Of a DNA stretch of 64,000 nt, positions 27,237 to 42,701 are shown in pieces (position 1 is the stretch's first letter; the number at the start of each line of letters is the position of its first letter). The stretch lies in the NCBI RefSeq assembly GCF_009914755.1, contig NC_060937.1; one strand, given 5' to 3'. A program made the translations under genes and the position numbers. Source of the stretch: the human T2T-CHM13v2.0 reference genome, Homo sapiens. Below the pieces are notes generated by a model, which was given only the letters and a program-made list of their open reading frames with translations, had not been told where the DNA came from and did no database searches.

Positions 27237-30200
27237 GGAGTTACAAAACAACCAGAAAACAAACAGCAAAATGTCATTAGTAAGTCCTTACCTATTAATA
27301 TTAATCTTGATTGTAAATGGGATAAATTATTCAATTAAAAGGCATAGAGGACCTTAACTGATTTTAAAAGAAAGATTCAATTATATGATGCCTACAGTAA
27401 ACTCATTTCATTTATATAGACACACATAGACTTAAATGAAGGGAAGGAAAAATATATTTTATGCAAATGGAAATTTTCTAAAAAGCAGGAATAGCTATGC
27501 TTGTATTAGATAAAATAGATTTGAAGTCAAATACTATAGAGACAAGAAAGTCATTATATAAGGAGATAAATTAAACAAGATGGTATATAATAGTGTGTGT
27601 GAACATGGAAACACCCAACACTAGAGCACTCAGATATATAAAGCAAATATTATTAAAGCCAAGGAAAGAGAAGACCCAAATACAGTAATAGTTGTAGACT
27701 TTAACAACCTACTTTTAGCATGGACCCGTCTTTTGGACAGAAAATCAACAAAGAAATATCATACAATAGATCAAATAAATGTAATAGACATTTACAGAAC
27801 ATTTCATCTCACAACTGCAGAATGAACATTCTCATTAGCACATAAAATGTACTCTAAGATAGACCATATGTTGAACAAAAATAAAAACAACAAAAATCTC
27901 CATAAAAATAAAACAGTTAAAATTATATCAAGTGTCTTTTCTGACTGCAATAGAGTAAAACAAGAAATCAATTTAAAAAAGAACTCTGAAAACTGTCCAA
28001 ATGCACGAAACTTAAATCACATGCTCCTGAACAACCAATAGGTCAACGAAGACATTTTAAAACTACATAATTTTTTGAAACAAATGAAAATGAAAATACA
28101 ATATACTAAAATCTATGGGATACAAAAAAAGCAGTACTGAGAGTTTTTAGACTAAATATCTACTTCGAAAAGATAAAAAGATTTCACATAAACAACCTAA
28201 CCATGCACCTCAAGGAATTAGAAAAGTAAGAACAAACCCAAACCCCAAGTTAGTATAAGAAAAGAAATAATAATGACCGGTTCAGAAATAAAATTAACAC
28301 TAAAAAATAATACAAAAGATTAGCAAAATGATGGGTTTTTTGAAAAGATAAACAAAATTGACAAACCTTTAGTTATACTGAGAAAAAGAGAAGACTCAAA
28401 ACACAAAGTTTGAGATGAAAAATGAGATATTACAATTGATACAACAGAAATTCAAAATACTTCTAGAGACCATTATGAATAAATATATACCAATATATTG
28501 AAAAGCCTAGAAGAAATAGATAAATTTCTAGATACACACAACTTACCAAAATTGAACCATGAAGAAACAGAAAGTCCGCACACACCAATAACAAGTAATG
28601 AGATAGAAGCAGTAATAAAAAGTCTCTCATCAAAGAAAAACCCAGGACTTGATGGCTTCATTTCTGAAAACTACCAAATACATAAAGAAAACCTGAGACC
28701 AATTCTACTCAAACTATTCCAAAAAATTGAGGAGGACAGAATACTTCCAATCTCCTACTATGAAGCCTGATACCAAAACCACATGAATACACTACAACAA
28801 TAACAAAACCACCAGCCAGTTTTACTGATGATGAACATAGATGCAAAACTCCTTAACAAAATACTAGCAAACTGAATTAAACAACAAATTTTTTAAAAAT
28901 CATTCATTGTGAACAACTGGGATTCATTTCAGGGATGCCAGAATGATGGTTCAACATACACAAATCAATGAATATTAATAACATCAAGGATAAAAACCAT
29001 AAGATTATTTAAGTAGATGCTGAAAAATCATTGAATAAAATTTATCATCTCTTCATAATTAAAACTCTCAACATATAGAAGGAACACACCTCAAAACAAT
29101 AAAGGTCATATATGACAAATCCACAGATAGCATCATACTGAAGGTGAACAAAAACACTTTCTTCTATATCCGAAACAAGACAAAGAGGCCCGCTTTTACC
29201 ACTTTTATTCAACATAATACTGGAAGTCCTAAACAGAGCTATTGGACAGAGAAAAAAATAAAGGGCGTCTAAATTAGAAAGGAAGAAATCAAATTGTTCT
29301 TGTTTGCAGATGGTATAATCTTATATTTAGAAAAACTTAAAAGACTCCACCAAAAGAACTATTAGAACTGATAAATGAATTTGGTAATATTAAGGATACA
29401 AAATCAACATACAAAACTAGGCAGTATTGTTATATGCCAACATACTACCAGAGAAAACATCTTTTTCTCCGAAAAAGACATAAAATAAGCAATCTCATTT
29501 ATAATATCTACCAAAAATTAAAATACCTAGGAATAAATGTAACCAGATAAGCAAAAGGCTTTTACAATAAAAACTGTAAATTATTTATCAAATAAACTAG
29601 AGGGCACCCAAATGTAAAGATTTCCCATGTTAATGGGTTAGAAGAATCAATGTTGTTAAAATGTCCATACTGTCTGAAGCAATGTACAGATTCAATACAA
29701 TCTCTATCAAATAGCAATGACATTCTTTGCATAAATAAAAAAGTTCTAAAGTTCATATGAAACAACAAAAGACTCAGAAATAGCTAAAGCAATCCTGAGC
29801 AAAAAGAATAAAGGTGGAGGCTTCACATTACCTGACTTCAAATTATATTATAAAGCCGTAGTAGCCAAAACAGCATGATAATGGCATAAAACAGATACTT
29901 AGGCTAATGGAACAGATTAGAGAACCTAGAAAAAAATCCACTAATTTTTGGTCAACTCATTTTTTACAAAGACACCAAAAACATACATTGAAGTAAAAAC
30001 TGTCTTGTCAATAAATGGTGCTGGGAAAACTGTATATTCATATGTAGAAGAATGAAACTAGATCTCTATCTTTCATCATGTATAAACAGCAAATCAAAAT
30101 GAATTAAAGGCTTAAATGTAAGACCTGAAACTATAAAATTACTAGAAGAAAGTTTTGGGGAATTGCTTCAGGACATTGGTATGGGCAAAGATTTCTTATT

Positions 30201-31008
30201 TAAGACCTCAAAAGCACAGGCAACTAAAGCAACAGTTGACAAATGTAATTACATCAAGCTAAAAAGCTTGTAAACAGCTAAGGAAACAACAAAATGAAAG
30301 GAAAACCTACAGAATGGGAGAAAATATTTGTAAACTATTTAACTGACAAAGGATTAGCACCCAAAATATATAAGGAACTCACACCAGAGCAAACAACTAA
30401 ATAAACTGGTTAAAAATGGACAGAAGATGTGAACAGATATTTCCCAAAGGAAGGCATACAAATGGCCGATGGGTATATAAAAATGATCAAAATCTTAAAT
30501 CATTAGAGAAATACAACTCAAAACCAGAAGAAGAACTCATCCCAGCTACAATGGCTATAATCGAATAGAGAAAAAAACAACAAAAGCTAGCGAGGGTGTG
30601 GACAAAGAGGAATGCTTGTACATGTTGGAGATAATGTAAATTAGTATAGCCACTATGAAAAATAGTCTGGAAATTTCTCAAAGAACTAAAAGTAGAACTA
30701 CCATGTAATCCAGCAATCCTACTGCTGAGAATCTATCCACAAAGAAAAAAAAATCAGTATATTAAAGAGAAATCTTCACTCCTATGTTCACTGCAGCACT
30801 GTTCACAGTAGCCAAGATATGGAATCAACCTAAATGTTCATCAAAGGATGAACAGATAAAGAAAATGTCATATACATGGATATAATTCTGCCGTAAAAAA
30901 TGAAATCCTGTCATTTGCAAAAAAATGGATGAAACCAGATAACATTATGTTAAGTGAAATAAGTCAGTCACAGAGAGACAAATGTCTCCTCTTCTCACTC
31001 ATATGTGA

Positions 31009-31338
<330 letters not shown>

Positions 31339-32461
31339 CTTGGGAGTGGTAAATAGAATGGCGGTTATTAGAGGCCAGAGAGCATTCTGGGATGGGTGGA
31401 GGAGGGGTTGGTTAATGGGTACAAAATGTAGTTATACTGAAGGAATAAGATCTGATGTTTAGAAGCACATAGGCTATAGTTTAAAGTAACTTAAAATACT
31501 TTACTATATATTTCAAAATAACTGGAAGAATAGCTTTGAAATGTATCCAACACAAAGAAATGACACATATTTAAGTTGATGAATATCCCAGTTTTTCAGA
31601 TTTGAACATTACATATTGTATGGTTATATCAAAATATTACATTTGTGACATAAATATGTACAACTGTTATGTATACGTAACTTAAAAAAATTGGTTTTAC
31701 TATAAATTCCAGTGGGGTGTGCATGGTTTCAATCACACTAGCAATTTTAGTAGGAGTTGAATACGGAGGACTGGTTATCAAATTCAGATATTCAGGTATA
31801 AGAAGTGACAACCTTCTTATAAAATAAACAAGTAGAATCAATTATTTATTGATCCATTTGTTAATTCATTTTTAAAGGGAGAACTATGCAACAGGAACTG
31901 TGTGCTAAACATGGTATAGTCAAGAAGACAGACACTCCTGTTGCTATCTCTAACACTTAGAGTTCAGTGGCAAATATGAAATTTTACAATATGTGTGGTG
32001 AGAAGTAAGACAGTGAAACAGGCTACTAGGAAAGCTCACCTAGCTTAGAAAGCTTTCGAGAGTAATAAAGTATAAGCTGACACCTTCAGAATGAGTTGTG
32101 TTTTGCCAGTTCATGAAAAATGTGCTATGTATTAGACACAGCTCACTCAAGGAGAGGAAAACACATGTGCAAAACCTATATCTCAATTATAGAGGAAGAA
32201 AAGAGGATGTTGAGAAAGGACCTATGCATTTTTTTCAGAGATGCAGTCCTGTATTCCCTTGTAAATAAGACAGAGTGAATCACCAAACAATTTTAGGTAT
32301 TGGATCAAATTAATCTGCTATTTTAATCCTTAAAAAGCTTTAATAAAGAGATATAAGAACTTGTGGAGAGTTTGGGTTCTTGAGCTACAATCCTCAAACT
32401 GGGGTAGAAGTTTCAGGTTATGGTTAAGGTTATGATGAATGCAGCAAGGTCCCTTTGCTTT

Positions 32462-32759
32462 TTTTTTTTTTTTTTGAGAAGGAGTTTCACTCTTGTTGCC
32501 CAGGCTGGAGTGCAATGGCGTTGTCTTGGCTCACTGAAGCCTCCATCTCCCGGGTTCAAGGGATTCTCCTGCCTCAGCCTCCCAAGTAGCTGGGATTACA
32601 GGCATGTGCCACCACGCCCAGCTAGCTTTGTAATTTTTTAGTAGAGATGGGGTTTCTCCATGTTGGTCAGGCTCGTCTTGAACTCCCTACCTGAGGTGAT
32701 CTGCCCGGCTTGGCCTCCCAAAGTGCTGGGATTACAGCCATGAGCCACCGTGCCCGGCC
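32462..32759 (-). mobile_element. Alu (AluSp-like)
   Basis: tttcactcttgttgcccagg and tttctccatgttggtcagg diagnostics; TSD ccctttgcttt at 32451-32461 and 32760-32770. Confidence 0.95.
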
Positions 32760-33769
32760 CCCTTTGCTTTAAAGTCTCTTCTTCCTTATTGAAGGTAATT
32801 GGAGACAATATGGGCCCAACCTCATGTCTGAGGCAGAGTAGGGCAACACTGACATGAGGAAAAGGAAAGGGTTCAAAATTCTAAAATGGTGGAAAAAGGG
32901 ATGTCATTTTCACTTTTACTGCTTTTAAGATTCTCTCAAAAGAGCCTCTTGAAAAGGGCTCAAAGACACACTATCAGTTTAGAATAATTATTGCTTTAAA
33001 TTAACTTAATCGTAACCTACTGAAGCTTTCTGTGGAAGTTTTGGCTTTCCCTCTACCTTGATACTTGGGAATCAATCACTCATCAAGCATAAGTCACATA
33101 CTCAGTTTTGGGGGCTGTGCCAAGACAAACCTGCACCTTTGGGGCTTCTGGGCGTGAATCTGTATCCTAAATATATTGTCTCTTTAGGACCTAAAACCTC
33201 TGGTCTGGAAAAGGAAAAATAAACTCATCAAGAGTGAAAAGATCACAAGAAACAATTCACTGGACGCCCCACCCCCCACTTCTAGTTTGATGCACAGTGT
33301 ATGCTGTTATTGTTTCTCTAGATATCAGTAGAGAGTAACTCAGTTCTGTTGAGGTAGTCTTTGCAGGAGCATGGGTGTAGGGCTGGATTTCATCATTCAA
33401 AATTAGAGAGACATCTGAGCAGTCAACACTTCTGAGGCTTCTGCCAGCTATGATTCAAAGCATCCTCCCAGTCTGATTGGGGAATCTTACTCTAATTTTA
33501 GTAATCCCAGAGATGGCAATGAGAGAATTGGGCTGTGGAGGGTGCACCTGCAGAAATGGCTGTAGCTTATATCTGCATCTCAGAAAAAAAGGGGAAAATC
33601 ATGCATATATTACAAGAAATAGACTGAGAGGAAGCAAAATTGGATTAAAAAATAGGAAACAATTTCAAATAGTCTGTTCAAAGAATGATGTTGATTACCT
33701 AGATTATTATAATGTCAAAGAAAAAAGATAGAATTCTTTGTTAATTCAAACTGTGTATGATTCACTCCA

Positions 33770-34830
33770 AATCTGAACCTTAATTCCTTGACCACTCCTC
33801 CAGAAATAATGTCATGAATTCTGTCTCCTTTGGTCACAACAATAATCCTGCCATGGCCAACTACTGCAAACTCTCCTATTCTCGATTTCAATGACCCTAC
33901 TCTACAGACACCACTAGCCATCTTTCCAACTTGCTCACTCTTTATATTTCGTCCTGACTTTAATGATCCTCTGATCCCACTCAAACATTCCTTGCAGTGC
34001 TTGAAGAAAATAATAATACAGAGACATCAGATCTCCAGCCTCAATGGCCAACTTTCACACTCCATTTCTCTAACCCATTCTGTCTCCCTCAAGTATACAC
34101 GCTTATTTCATACTTGTTCTTCTCTCCTCATACTTCCAACTTCTATCCTCAGTCTCAGTCTATCATGTTGTTTCCTATTTGCTCCAGAAAATAGAAGCAA
34201 TAACCATAGCATTTTACGATCACCTTTAACCAAATCAGCTCAGCTATTTGTATCCATGACTATTTCCTCTGCCTTTTCTTCTTTTCTTACAGAAGAAGTG
34301 TCTGTCTCTCTTCTAAGGCCAGCCCTTCCATTTGTGCCCTAGATCCAAACTCCTTTCACCTAACTAAAGACATTAATTCAGAAACCTGTCTGATCGTCTC
34401 CTTTATCAATTTTTTTCTCACCTTATTATGTCAGCCTTATCAAAATACTAACGTGCCTCACATTCTAATTTTAAAAAAATTACCTTTTGACTTCATAACC
34501 CTCTCCTGTTGTCACCTTTGCTCTTCTATACTGTGAAATGTTATTAAATCCTGACTATACTAATTGTTGCCAATTCCTTTTCCCCTATTCTCACTTGGAA
34601 ATAATCCAGTTATTTTTATCTCCACTATTTTATAAAAAGTAGTTTTTTCAATATTTATTAATTAGTGTTTTGATATATTTAATAATTGTTATCCATTCTT
34701 GAAAAACACACTTCACTTCATTTAAAAGACACTGTGCTGTCCTAATTTTCCTTCTACCTTTGGTCTCATTCTTAGTGTTCTGATATATTCCTGCACCTTT
34801 CTCCTGCCTGGGCTTCATGCTTGGATGTTC
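33770..34830 (+). mobile_element. L2 LINE ORF2 region
   Basis: Pyrimidine-rich; gaagaagtgtctgtctctcttctaaggccagcccttccatttgtgccctagatcca matches L2. Confidence 0.65.
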
Positions 34831-37404
34831 TCTGTTCTCTAGAAGTTCCCATTTTTTCTGGGGAGAAGAAAAAAAGTCTTTCTGACATCATACAGAATTT
34901 CTTTCTGCAACATAGTTACATACTTATATTGTATACACATATACTTTATGTCTTACTGTGTCATTTTGGCCACATGGTAGCCAAAACGTAACCTTGTTCA
35001 TAGACTACCACAAAGACCATGGGTGGCATCAGTCTAATAAAAGTTATTGTATTTAATGTTTTTTGTAGTCAGCAGCAGCAATAGCAGAAACTTTGGCAAA
35101 CGTCAGCAGGGGTGTCTAAATTTCAGCATCATCAACATTGGGATATGATAAATGGAGAACTAAAACAGCAAACAAGGCAAATAGGAAATAAAGTGGCATC
35201 TAAACTAAGCATTAATTGTTAATAAGGGAGATACATTCTGTGGTGTCATAGGGCCAATGGGGACATATTCGATATCTAGGCAGGGACTCTTTCCAACACT
35301 ATACAGTTTCTTTATTTTTATATAATTTGTATTTAGGCATCTAGAATTGTATCCACTGGAATTCTGTAGATTAGATTTTAAATCTCAAAATGCCAAATCA
35401 ATATGAATTTCTGGTGATAAATGTAATCTCTTGATCAGCAGATTTGGTTTTACACTGAAGACTGCTCTATGTGATGTTCTACAATGTTGAATACTTGATC
35501 TAAACTCTTCCAAATGCTTCTAAAAATAGAGTACGCATGGAGAACTTTTACAGATTAACTAGGACTGGCTGTGGATGCCTACCATCTGGTCCTACAAAGC
35601 ATGGATAGATTAGTTATAACAGCAGAGAGAATGAAACGCTTTACACAATCAAATGGGAAAAAGGCAATAATGATCTGTGCACATAATCGATGTACAGTGT
35701 GGGGTAGACAGAATTCTGGCAGCCAGAGTCCAAAGAAAGATCTGGAGTAATTCTTCCTTTGGAAAGCTGCCAAATTAATATTGTTGGGATATTACGACGT
35801 GCAACTGGAAACAGCACGCACTATATTCCATTGGAGAGTTAGAATTTTAAGACTTTTTTAAACTAACTGTGGGTTTTGTTGGCAAGTTAATCAACTACAC
35901 TGGAATTTGTAAAAATAAAGTAATAATATAATAAATATATGTGCAGTTTTTTCTATGTCTGCCAACCTAAGAAGTATGAATTAAGAAAAACATAGGAAAT
36001 GAAAAAAAGTAAACTGAAGAACAATAGATGGGTTTATAGTACTTAACAGTTTTGGAAAAATTAGTATTTTCTGACATACTCGAAAGAAAAAATGATGATG
36101 CAGGAAAAGGCAAGATAGTTTTTATGTTTCTAAGTGAAGTATACATCAAAGATTATATAAACCAATTAACAAGGTTCGGAGAGACTTCCAGAGAAAATGA
36201 AGATACACAAAAAACAGAGCGAAAGAAGAGGAACACCAAGTTAAAAATGAAGGTACATATATAAATTATTTTAGTCTCTAAATATGCTTGTTAATAAATT
36301 ATCCATAAGTTTATACTTTACAAGTCAGACACATCTATATAAATACATAAGAACTGTAAACATATAAAAAATTAAACCAAAAGAACACAACATCATTAAA
36401 AATGTATGACAGATCCAAAAATAAAAGAAAGAAAAATGACCAGGAAAATATTTGAGTAAATTAGTTATAAAACTAAGGAAACAAATAATAAATAATTAGT
36501 TTCATAAGTGTGGTCAATGAAAGTTACTTCTGATTGTAGACACAGGAAAAATGAGCTATTCTTTCTGATAGCAGTTTCAAATAACCACTTTACTTCAAAT
36601 AACAAGATTTGTAATACATTCAAAAAAGAGAGAAAAGTAGCTTTATGTTCTGCTATTAAAAATTTATGACAACTACAGTATCAATTTTTTAAGCTTTATC
36701 TTAGGAGAATCATCTGAAGGGAAATATATAAAATATTTCAAGTAGTTGAAATAAATTCAAGTAGTTGAGATAGTTGCACTTATGCTCAAAACCTATGTAT
36801 AGTCTCCTAACAAATGGAGAAATGTGTATAATTTAAAATGCATGTCTCTCTTTTTTTACTTTTAAAAAACTAAAATGTTTAAGATGTCTGAACAGGTTTA
36901 TACCATTGTTCCTGAAGGGCTAGAACAGAGAACCTTTCAAACATATCATATCTACAATGCATAAAAGGAGGTGGAATATGGATGTAGCAGGTTATAGTAG
37001 AGTGAATATTCAAAATAGTTAATTAGTGGTTTTTGTAAATTTTGGAAGTAGGTATGGAGGCGTGTGTATGCAGAGCCCTGAAGTCAAGATATAGGAATGG
37101 GAAAAAATAGATTCAAGCACAAGGAAGTCAAGAATGTTTTCAATGATGATGGCTAATGCTCATGATGGAATTTTCATGATCATACCAGATTTGTAAAGGA
37201 ACTGGTTCTCCTTATTATAATCATAATCGTACAGTCCTCAGCACTTGCCTTCTGTGAATTAGGTAGATCCATGTTTTATCTTCTATCTTCTGTGTTTAGT
37301 ACAGTCTTCTACATATTTTTAGAAGTGAAGCCTGTTCCCCCTTGTCCCGACAATTTCATGCTGGAAACCTAGGAGCTGAATTACTCCAGTTAAAAGGTGG
37401 GAGG

Positions 37405-37530
37405 AAACCTTTACTTAAAGTCAACTGATTATAAATGTTATACACATCTCCAAAATGCTTTCATAGCAACATCGCGACTAGTGTTTCACCAAACAACTGA
37501 GTACTACTATCTTGCCAAGTGTGACTTCCC
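37405..37530 (-). mobile_element. MLT2 (ERV-L) LTR fragment
   Basis: Reverse complement cagttgtttggtgaaacactagtc..gatgttgctatgaaagcattttggagatgt...aatcagttgactttaagtaaagg. Confidence 0.7.
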
Positions 37531-38149
37531 ATCGCAGGGAGATTTCTTTTATCTTTTGTGTTAGGAGCTTATAGAAGTGTTGACAGATATTTTGAGAAGG
37601 CAAAAAGCAAATTGTGATGGTGCAGATAAATGACTGATGCCTAGAACATCTAAGGCAAGCATGGAAATGTACCATGTGCCAGGGGAGGTAAAATGGCTGT
37701 ATTTGAGAATCTTCACTTACCCACTTGCTACATGCTAAACTGTTAAAAACATAGACAAATGTCCTGTCTAAACATGGCTTTTTAAAGGGGCAGCAGAGAT
37801 CGAGCTTCACTTCTCTGAGGCATTCTTTCAGCAAGATATTTTCAGCCAGCTAGCACAAGGTAGATAAGATAGGCCAACTTTTGTTAAACCACATTTGGAT
37901 ACCTAAACACATCAGCACTGGATAAAATCGAAGGTTTGTCTATAGAAGCCTTAGATCATGAGTGGAGGAGAGAGCAGAAGGATCTTTATCCTAGGGCCAA
38001 CAGCTTCCGGTCTTAAGCACATATCCAATTGCTGTGAGGGAAGCATAATGCCCTATATCAATATCTGTCAGGATATCCTTCTACACTGAAAAATTTGTCA
38101 TAAAAATGGCACGTTTCATTTCCTGTCTTTACATGACAAACACCAATAC

Positions 38150-38900
38150 CTTGTTTATCAAATATGTCTTACTATGAAAATTAGGAATTATTTGAATTTG
38201 TTATGAAGACAATGTGCCAAAATGGCATTACATTCCCTGATGTTTAGTAATGCCTATTTTGCTTTTATAAAGAGAACAATTTGACTTAATCCACATTTTT
38301 CTTTCAGAGCATTCTGGATACTTTTCACTCTTTAGGGCATTGAATGGCACTGAGTAAAACCAGCTTGATGTTTTCCCTTTGTATGGTCTTGATCCTACAT
38401 TAAGCTATCTCATTCCGAAGTGTTGAAGATTTGTAGTATATTTTTCAAGAGCATACTGTGCTCCTTCAGTGGATTCAAGTCTTTCTTTACTGCAGAAATA
38501 TTTTATTCTATTGTATCTTGAAATTTGTTTTATTTTCAGTTTGTATGGCTTTTTTCTTCAGGCAACAAAATTGATTGCATTCACGATCATGTTGTTCAAT
38601 GTGTTTTTGATCTTATTCATTTGTTACTTCTAAAGAAGATTTCACCACAGTAAAATTTTGCTTTGTTTTATTTTATTATGTGTCTTGTTTTGGGTTGGGT
38701 TATTCACTATTAAATATTTTAAAATCAAACAAGACAACTAAATGGGTCATTTCCTTTCTCTTTTTTGTCTACATGCAGACAGTTGGTGTTATTTTCTGCC
38801 CCTTTACTATTCTTACATTTTATGTTCTTACAAAAAAAAAATAAAAAGAAAGAAAAAACCTCATCATTTTAAAGAAAAACCTTATAATGAGGCAGGGGAA
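38150..38900 (-). mobile_element. Very old L1M/HAL1 ORF1-region fragment
   Basis: T-rich; gattcaagtctttctttactgcagaaatattttattctattgtatcttgaa resembles antisense HAL1/L1M ORF1. Confidence 0.4.
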
Positions 38901-39247
38901 CTGAATTTTTAAGATTCAAATAATCTTCCCTCTAATTGGGTTAACTTGTACCTCCTCCTGCAGCCAGATGTATGCCCATTACTAATGAGTTACAGTAGTC
39001 TGTGGATTATGAAGCACCCTATCCCCAATCCCACACTATGCTCAACTCCAGATAATGAGAACTGTTTAAACAGCAAAAGCTCCCTAGGGGCAGGAATCAG
39101 GAGTTTTTCTTTCAACTGATGAGAGCTGCTGGGTGGGCAAGACAAATTGAAAAGTGCTGGCAGTGACAAATGAGGAAGATGAGAGGCACTGCCCTGTGTG
39201 AGGTCAGCTGTGACTTTGGGTTCAGATCACAACTAGGTATCATGCTA

Positions 39248-39440
39248 GGGCTTATGTTTACCAGCTTATTATGAAGGTTATTATGAAGAATACAGATGAA
39301 TACAGATGTAGGATACAGATGAATAGATGCAGAGGGCAAAGTATGGGACAAGGGGCTTGGGGGTGAGCAAGGAGCATCCCTGCCTTCTCTGGGCACACCA
39401 CCCTCTAGGACTTCCACGTCTTCAGCAACCCAGAAGCTGA
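39248..39440. mobile_element. MER21-family LTR fragment
   Basis: ttatgtttaccagcttattatgaagg...atacagatgaa...ctctgggcacaccaccctctaggacttccacgtcttcagcaacccagaagct. Confidence 0.75.
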
Positions 39441-41522
39441 GGTAAAATTTTATTTTTGACTCTTACGTTTCTTTCCTGAGCTCTACCCATCTCACAGTTA
39501 ACTTATATTTTCTGTGTTGTACTCTAGCATCAACACTTTGAAATTTCTTTCCTCTTTTCTTACTTTTCTTTCTTTTTTTTAATCTCACTGTCTTTAAAAG
39601 AGAACTCTTGGTATATTTATGATTTCTGGTAAATGAAGAAAACATTTTCTAAAACATTCCTTTATTTTCAAAAATAATTCATCTTTATATCGCTTTTACC
39701 TGCATATTTCACCTCTCCCCCTCCCACTCTTTTACCTTGATCAGTAAATAGGTCTTATGAATGATTTTCTAATGGTTATAGCTATTGGGTATTTTTCCTG
39801 CATCATAAAGTATGCCAAGGGAAAGAACTATACTTTTGCTTCAAGTTTGTGGTCTTAAACACTTTCTCATCAAATCTGTGAGATTGCCCTGGGACATTTT
39901 TTACCTCTGTTTTTAGTATTGGTGAGGTTGAAGTGGCTCACTCTAATCCCCATTATATCAAAGGTTGTTATGACTATTATCTGGTATTTGCTATTTCCTG
40001 TTTTCCTTCATTCTGCTTTATTTTTGTCACTTGCCTCTGACAGAAGGTGCAGAAGGATGTACCATGGTCTTGGTTACAGACTGAGAATAATGTAGCTTCT
40101 TCAGTATAACTACATTTTGTTGTTCTTTTGGACTCAAACAGAGTATCTATAGGAGTATATAGAACAAACTGAGTATCCCTATTACCACACCTCACCCATG
40201 TTGCTAGATTTAGTTACCCTAATCACAGGCCCACTGACCAGCCCATTCAGCACTGTGTAACTTATTTTTGGGGAAGGAGACTTTCTTACTGAGGTCTGTG
40301 AAAGTATGTATCATTGCTCAAAATTCCGTTTTTGTTTCCAAATTCAAAATATCTGTCAAACAAGCTTCTTGGTATCCCCTTTACCACTGTGGGTGAAGGT
40401 TTATTCCAAAAGACAAATGTTTCTCATTAAAAAAAAAAAAATTCTTGTGGCAACTTTCGCTGCTTTAATAGAAAAAATGAAATAAAATGACATTGTTTGA
40501 TATTTATCCAGAATTAGCACTTTACATATTTATTTGTTTGTTTATTTATACATTGTCTATACAAATTTCAAGCTCCTGAATGATGAAATTTTATTTTGTT
40601 TCATGTGCTACACCTTTTGTCCCGCAATATGTTCTCTATGTCCCTGGTATCCAAGGAATATTTATTGAAAGTTTAAATAGGATTTATATCATTTAAATTA
40701 CTTTATTATATCCTTGGTCAGTAGGTATAAGAACACAACTGAACAATTTACTTTATGGTTTATAGTAAAAATGTATATTGTTTACACAAATCTTAAGATT
40801 CCCAACTTAAAATTATTTATAATATTAATCAAATAGGTTTTGGTCGTAATAAATACATACAGACAGGCAACAGAAATCTTGAAATGACTACAATCTTCAT
40901 AAAGCAATGGTATATAAATTATCATTTTATTATGTTGTATGGATCTAACATTCTCCCTGATGGTCTCTTCCTAAGTGACAGGTTTGTAGTAAACAGCATT
41001 AGTTTTTCACATTGCTGAAAACAAATTCTAAGTATGAATTTTAAAGTTTCCTTGAGTGGTTAGCTTGACAATGCTTGAAAACAAGCGTTTCTTAGGTCAT
41101 AAAGACTTTAGAGAAGAACAGTTAATTATTTTTAAGGAAAAAGTCTGTTTGTAGATTTAAGGAATGTAAAGTTTGAGTAGTTTTAATAGCATAACATTTT
41201 ATTAACAAAGTGTCATGTGTAGATTGTTCTTCAGAAAGTTTAAAGCAGATCTGATTTTTCTGTGTTCAACTTTATTGTTTTTCATTTACATGACCAAAAT
41301 TTCACAAATTAAAAAAAAAGTTGCTTATATTTATTACCCTCACTGTTTGTCACTTCTGGCTGACATAATTCTTTACAGCATCTTGGGAATGTATAGGATG
41401 GATTATGTTCCAGGATGTCCAACCTGGAAATATTTGAATTTTCTGGCATTTGTGAGTCCCTCCATCGAGAACAAATATAGCTGCATGGTATCCTATTTCC
41501 CAGGAGTTGATTTTTTTAAAAA

Positions 41523-41688
41523 ATTATTATTATTATTATTATTAGGCAGAGATGGGGTTTTGTTCTGTCACCCAGACAGTGGTTCAATCATAGCTCATTG
41601 CAGTCTCAAACTCCTGGACTCAAGTGATCTTTCTGCCTCAGCCTCTCAAGTAGCTGAGGTTAGAGATTTAAGCCATCATGCCCAGCTT
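41523..41688 (-). mobile_element. Alu monomer (FAM/FRAM-like) with (ATT)n tail
   Basis: atcatagctcattgcagtctcaaactcctggactcaagtgatctttctgcctcagcctc. Confidence 0.8.
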
Positions 41689-41879
41689 AGACTTTTCAAA
41701 TTAGTATTTTACCATTTTTCTACTTAATTCATTTAATTCTTATTTTCATGCTGTGTAAATAAATGAAGCATGGAAGAAATGGAAACCAAGCCTGGAAGAA
41801 TATGTTAGAGCTTTAACACATTCATTTTGGAAGACAGAAATAATAAAGTAGCACACACAAAGAGACACTAAAGATTTTT

Positions 41880-42701
41880 GAGCATAGAGAAAAATTCAGG
41901 AGAAGAAAGAGAAGGCCTCCAAGTTGAGAGGAGTCAGAATAAAATCAACTCTGCTGGCACCCTGATCTTGGATTTCCAACCGTCTGAACTGTGAGAAAAT
42001 TTCTTTCTTTTACTTACATCACCTAGTCTGAAGTACTAAAACTATTCCCACAGCGCTGACAAGAATTGCATGCCAGGTTCTGCACAGAAATATAGTTATA
42101 ATTAAGTATTATTCAGGCTGTACTTTGGCCCACTTCCTTGTTGTAAAAGTCATGTAAAAGCACTAGATACTGACCATTTGTATCTCCATTATTCCTATAG
42201 ATAGGATTTTTGATGTTAGGGCTATAAGACGGTTTAAAAATTGATTTTCATCCCCGTTGTTCTTATAGACTGGCTCTTTGACAATAGAATCATAAAGCTT
42301 TTGTTTAAGGATTGCCTAAGATGTTTTTCAGACATCAAATTCCAGCAAAACAGCTGACACCAATCAGTTCGGAGATCCCCACAGAGAAATTGGTTGGACA
42401 TGAGAATACAGCTTCTTCATCTCCCTGTCCATTGACAGAGAGATGCACTTTTCAATCAATCAGTGATCTTCACATTTAGGCCCACTCCAAAATGCTTAAA
42501 AGATTTAGCCCCAGATTCCTCAGGGAGATGGATTTAAGGTTTCCTCCCATCTCCTTGTTCAGTGATCCTATGATTAAACCTCTTTCTCTGCTGCAAGCTG
42601 GTCTGTTGGTATATTGACTTGCAGTGCGGATCAGATAGTGAACCGCTTATGGTTACAGTATTTTGTTATGGCAATCCTGGCAGACCTAGCAAACAAATAC
42701 A
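41880..42701 (+). mobile_element. MLT1B/C-like LTR 3' half, split by an ERV1 LTR
   Basis: ctgctggcaccctgatcttggatttccaaccgtctgaactgtgagaaaat...ctagtctgaagtac resumes as gtattttgttatggcaatcct...ctagcaaacaaataca. Confidence 0.75.
42037..42657 (+). mobile_element. ERV1-class solo LTR (MER4-group, MER83-like; subfamily uncertain)
   Basis: cagaaatatagttataattaag...tagatactgaccatttg; ATTAAA signal; ends ggttaca; 4-bp TSD gtac/gtat. Confidence 0.75.

Noticed and set aside
33830-34342. 170-aa ORF
   Set aside because: Lies in a decayed L2; no recognisable domain
39290-39330. atacagatg repeats and other short duplications (12176-12220, 17039-17061, 19231-19264, 36737-36772, 43150-43194) as an array or CRISPR-like structure
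   Set aside because: Two or three copies without unique spacers; ordinary slippage duplications in eukaryotic DNA
41215-41727. 170-aa hydrophobic ORF
   Set aside because: Low-complexity AT-rich sequence plus an antisense Alu monomer and (ATT)n; spurious
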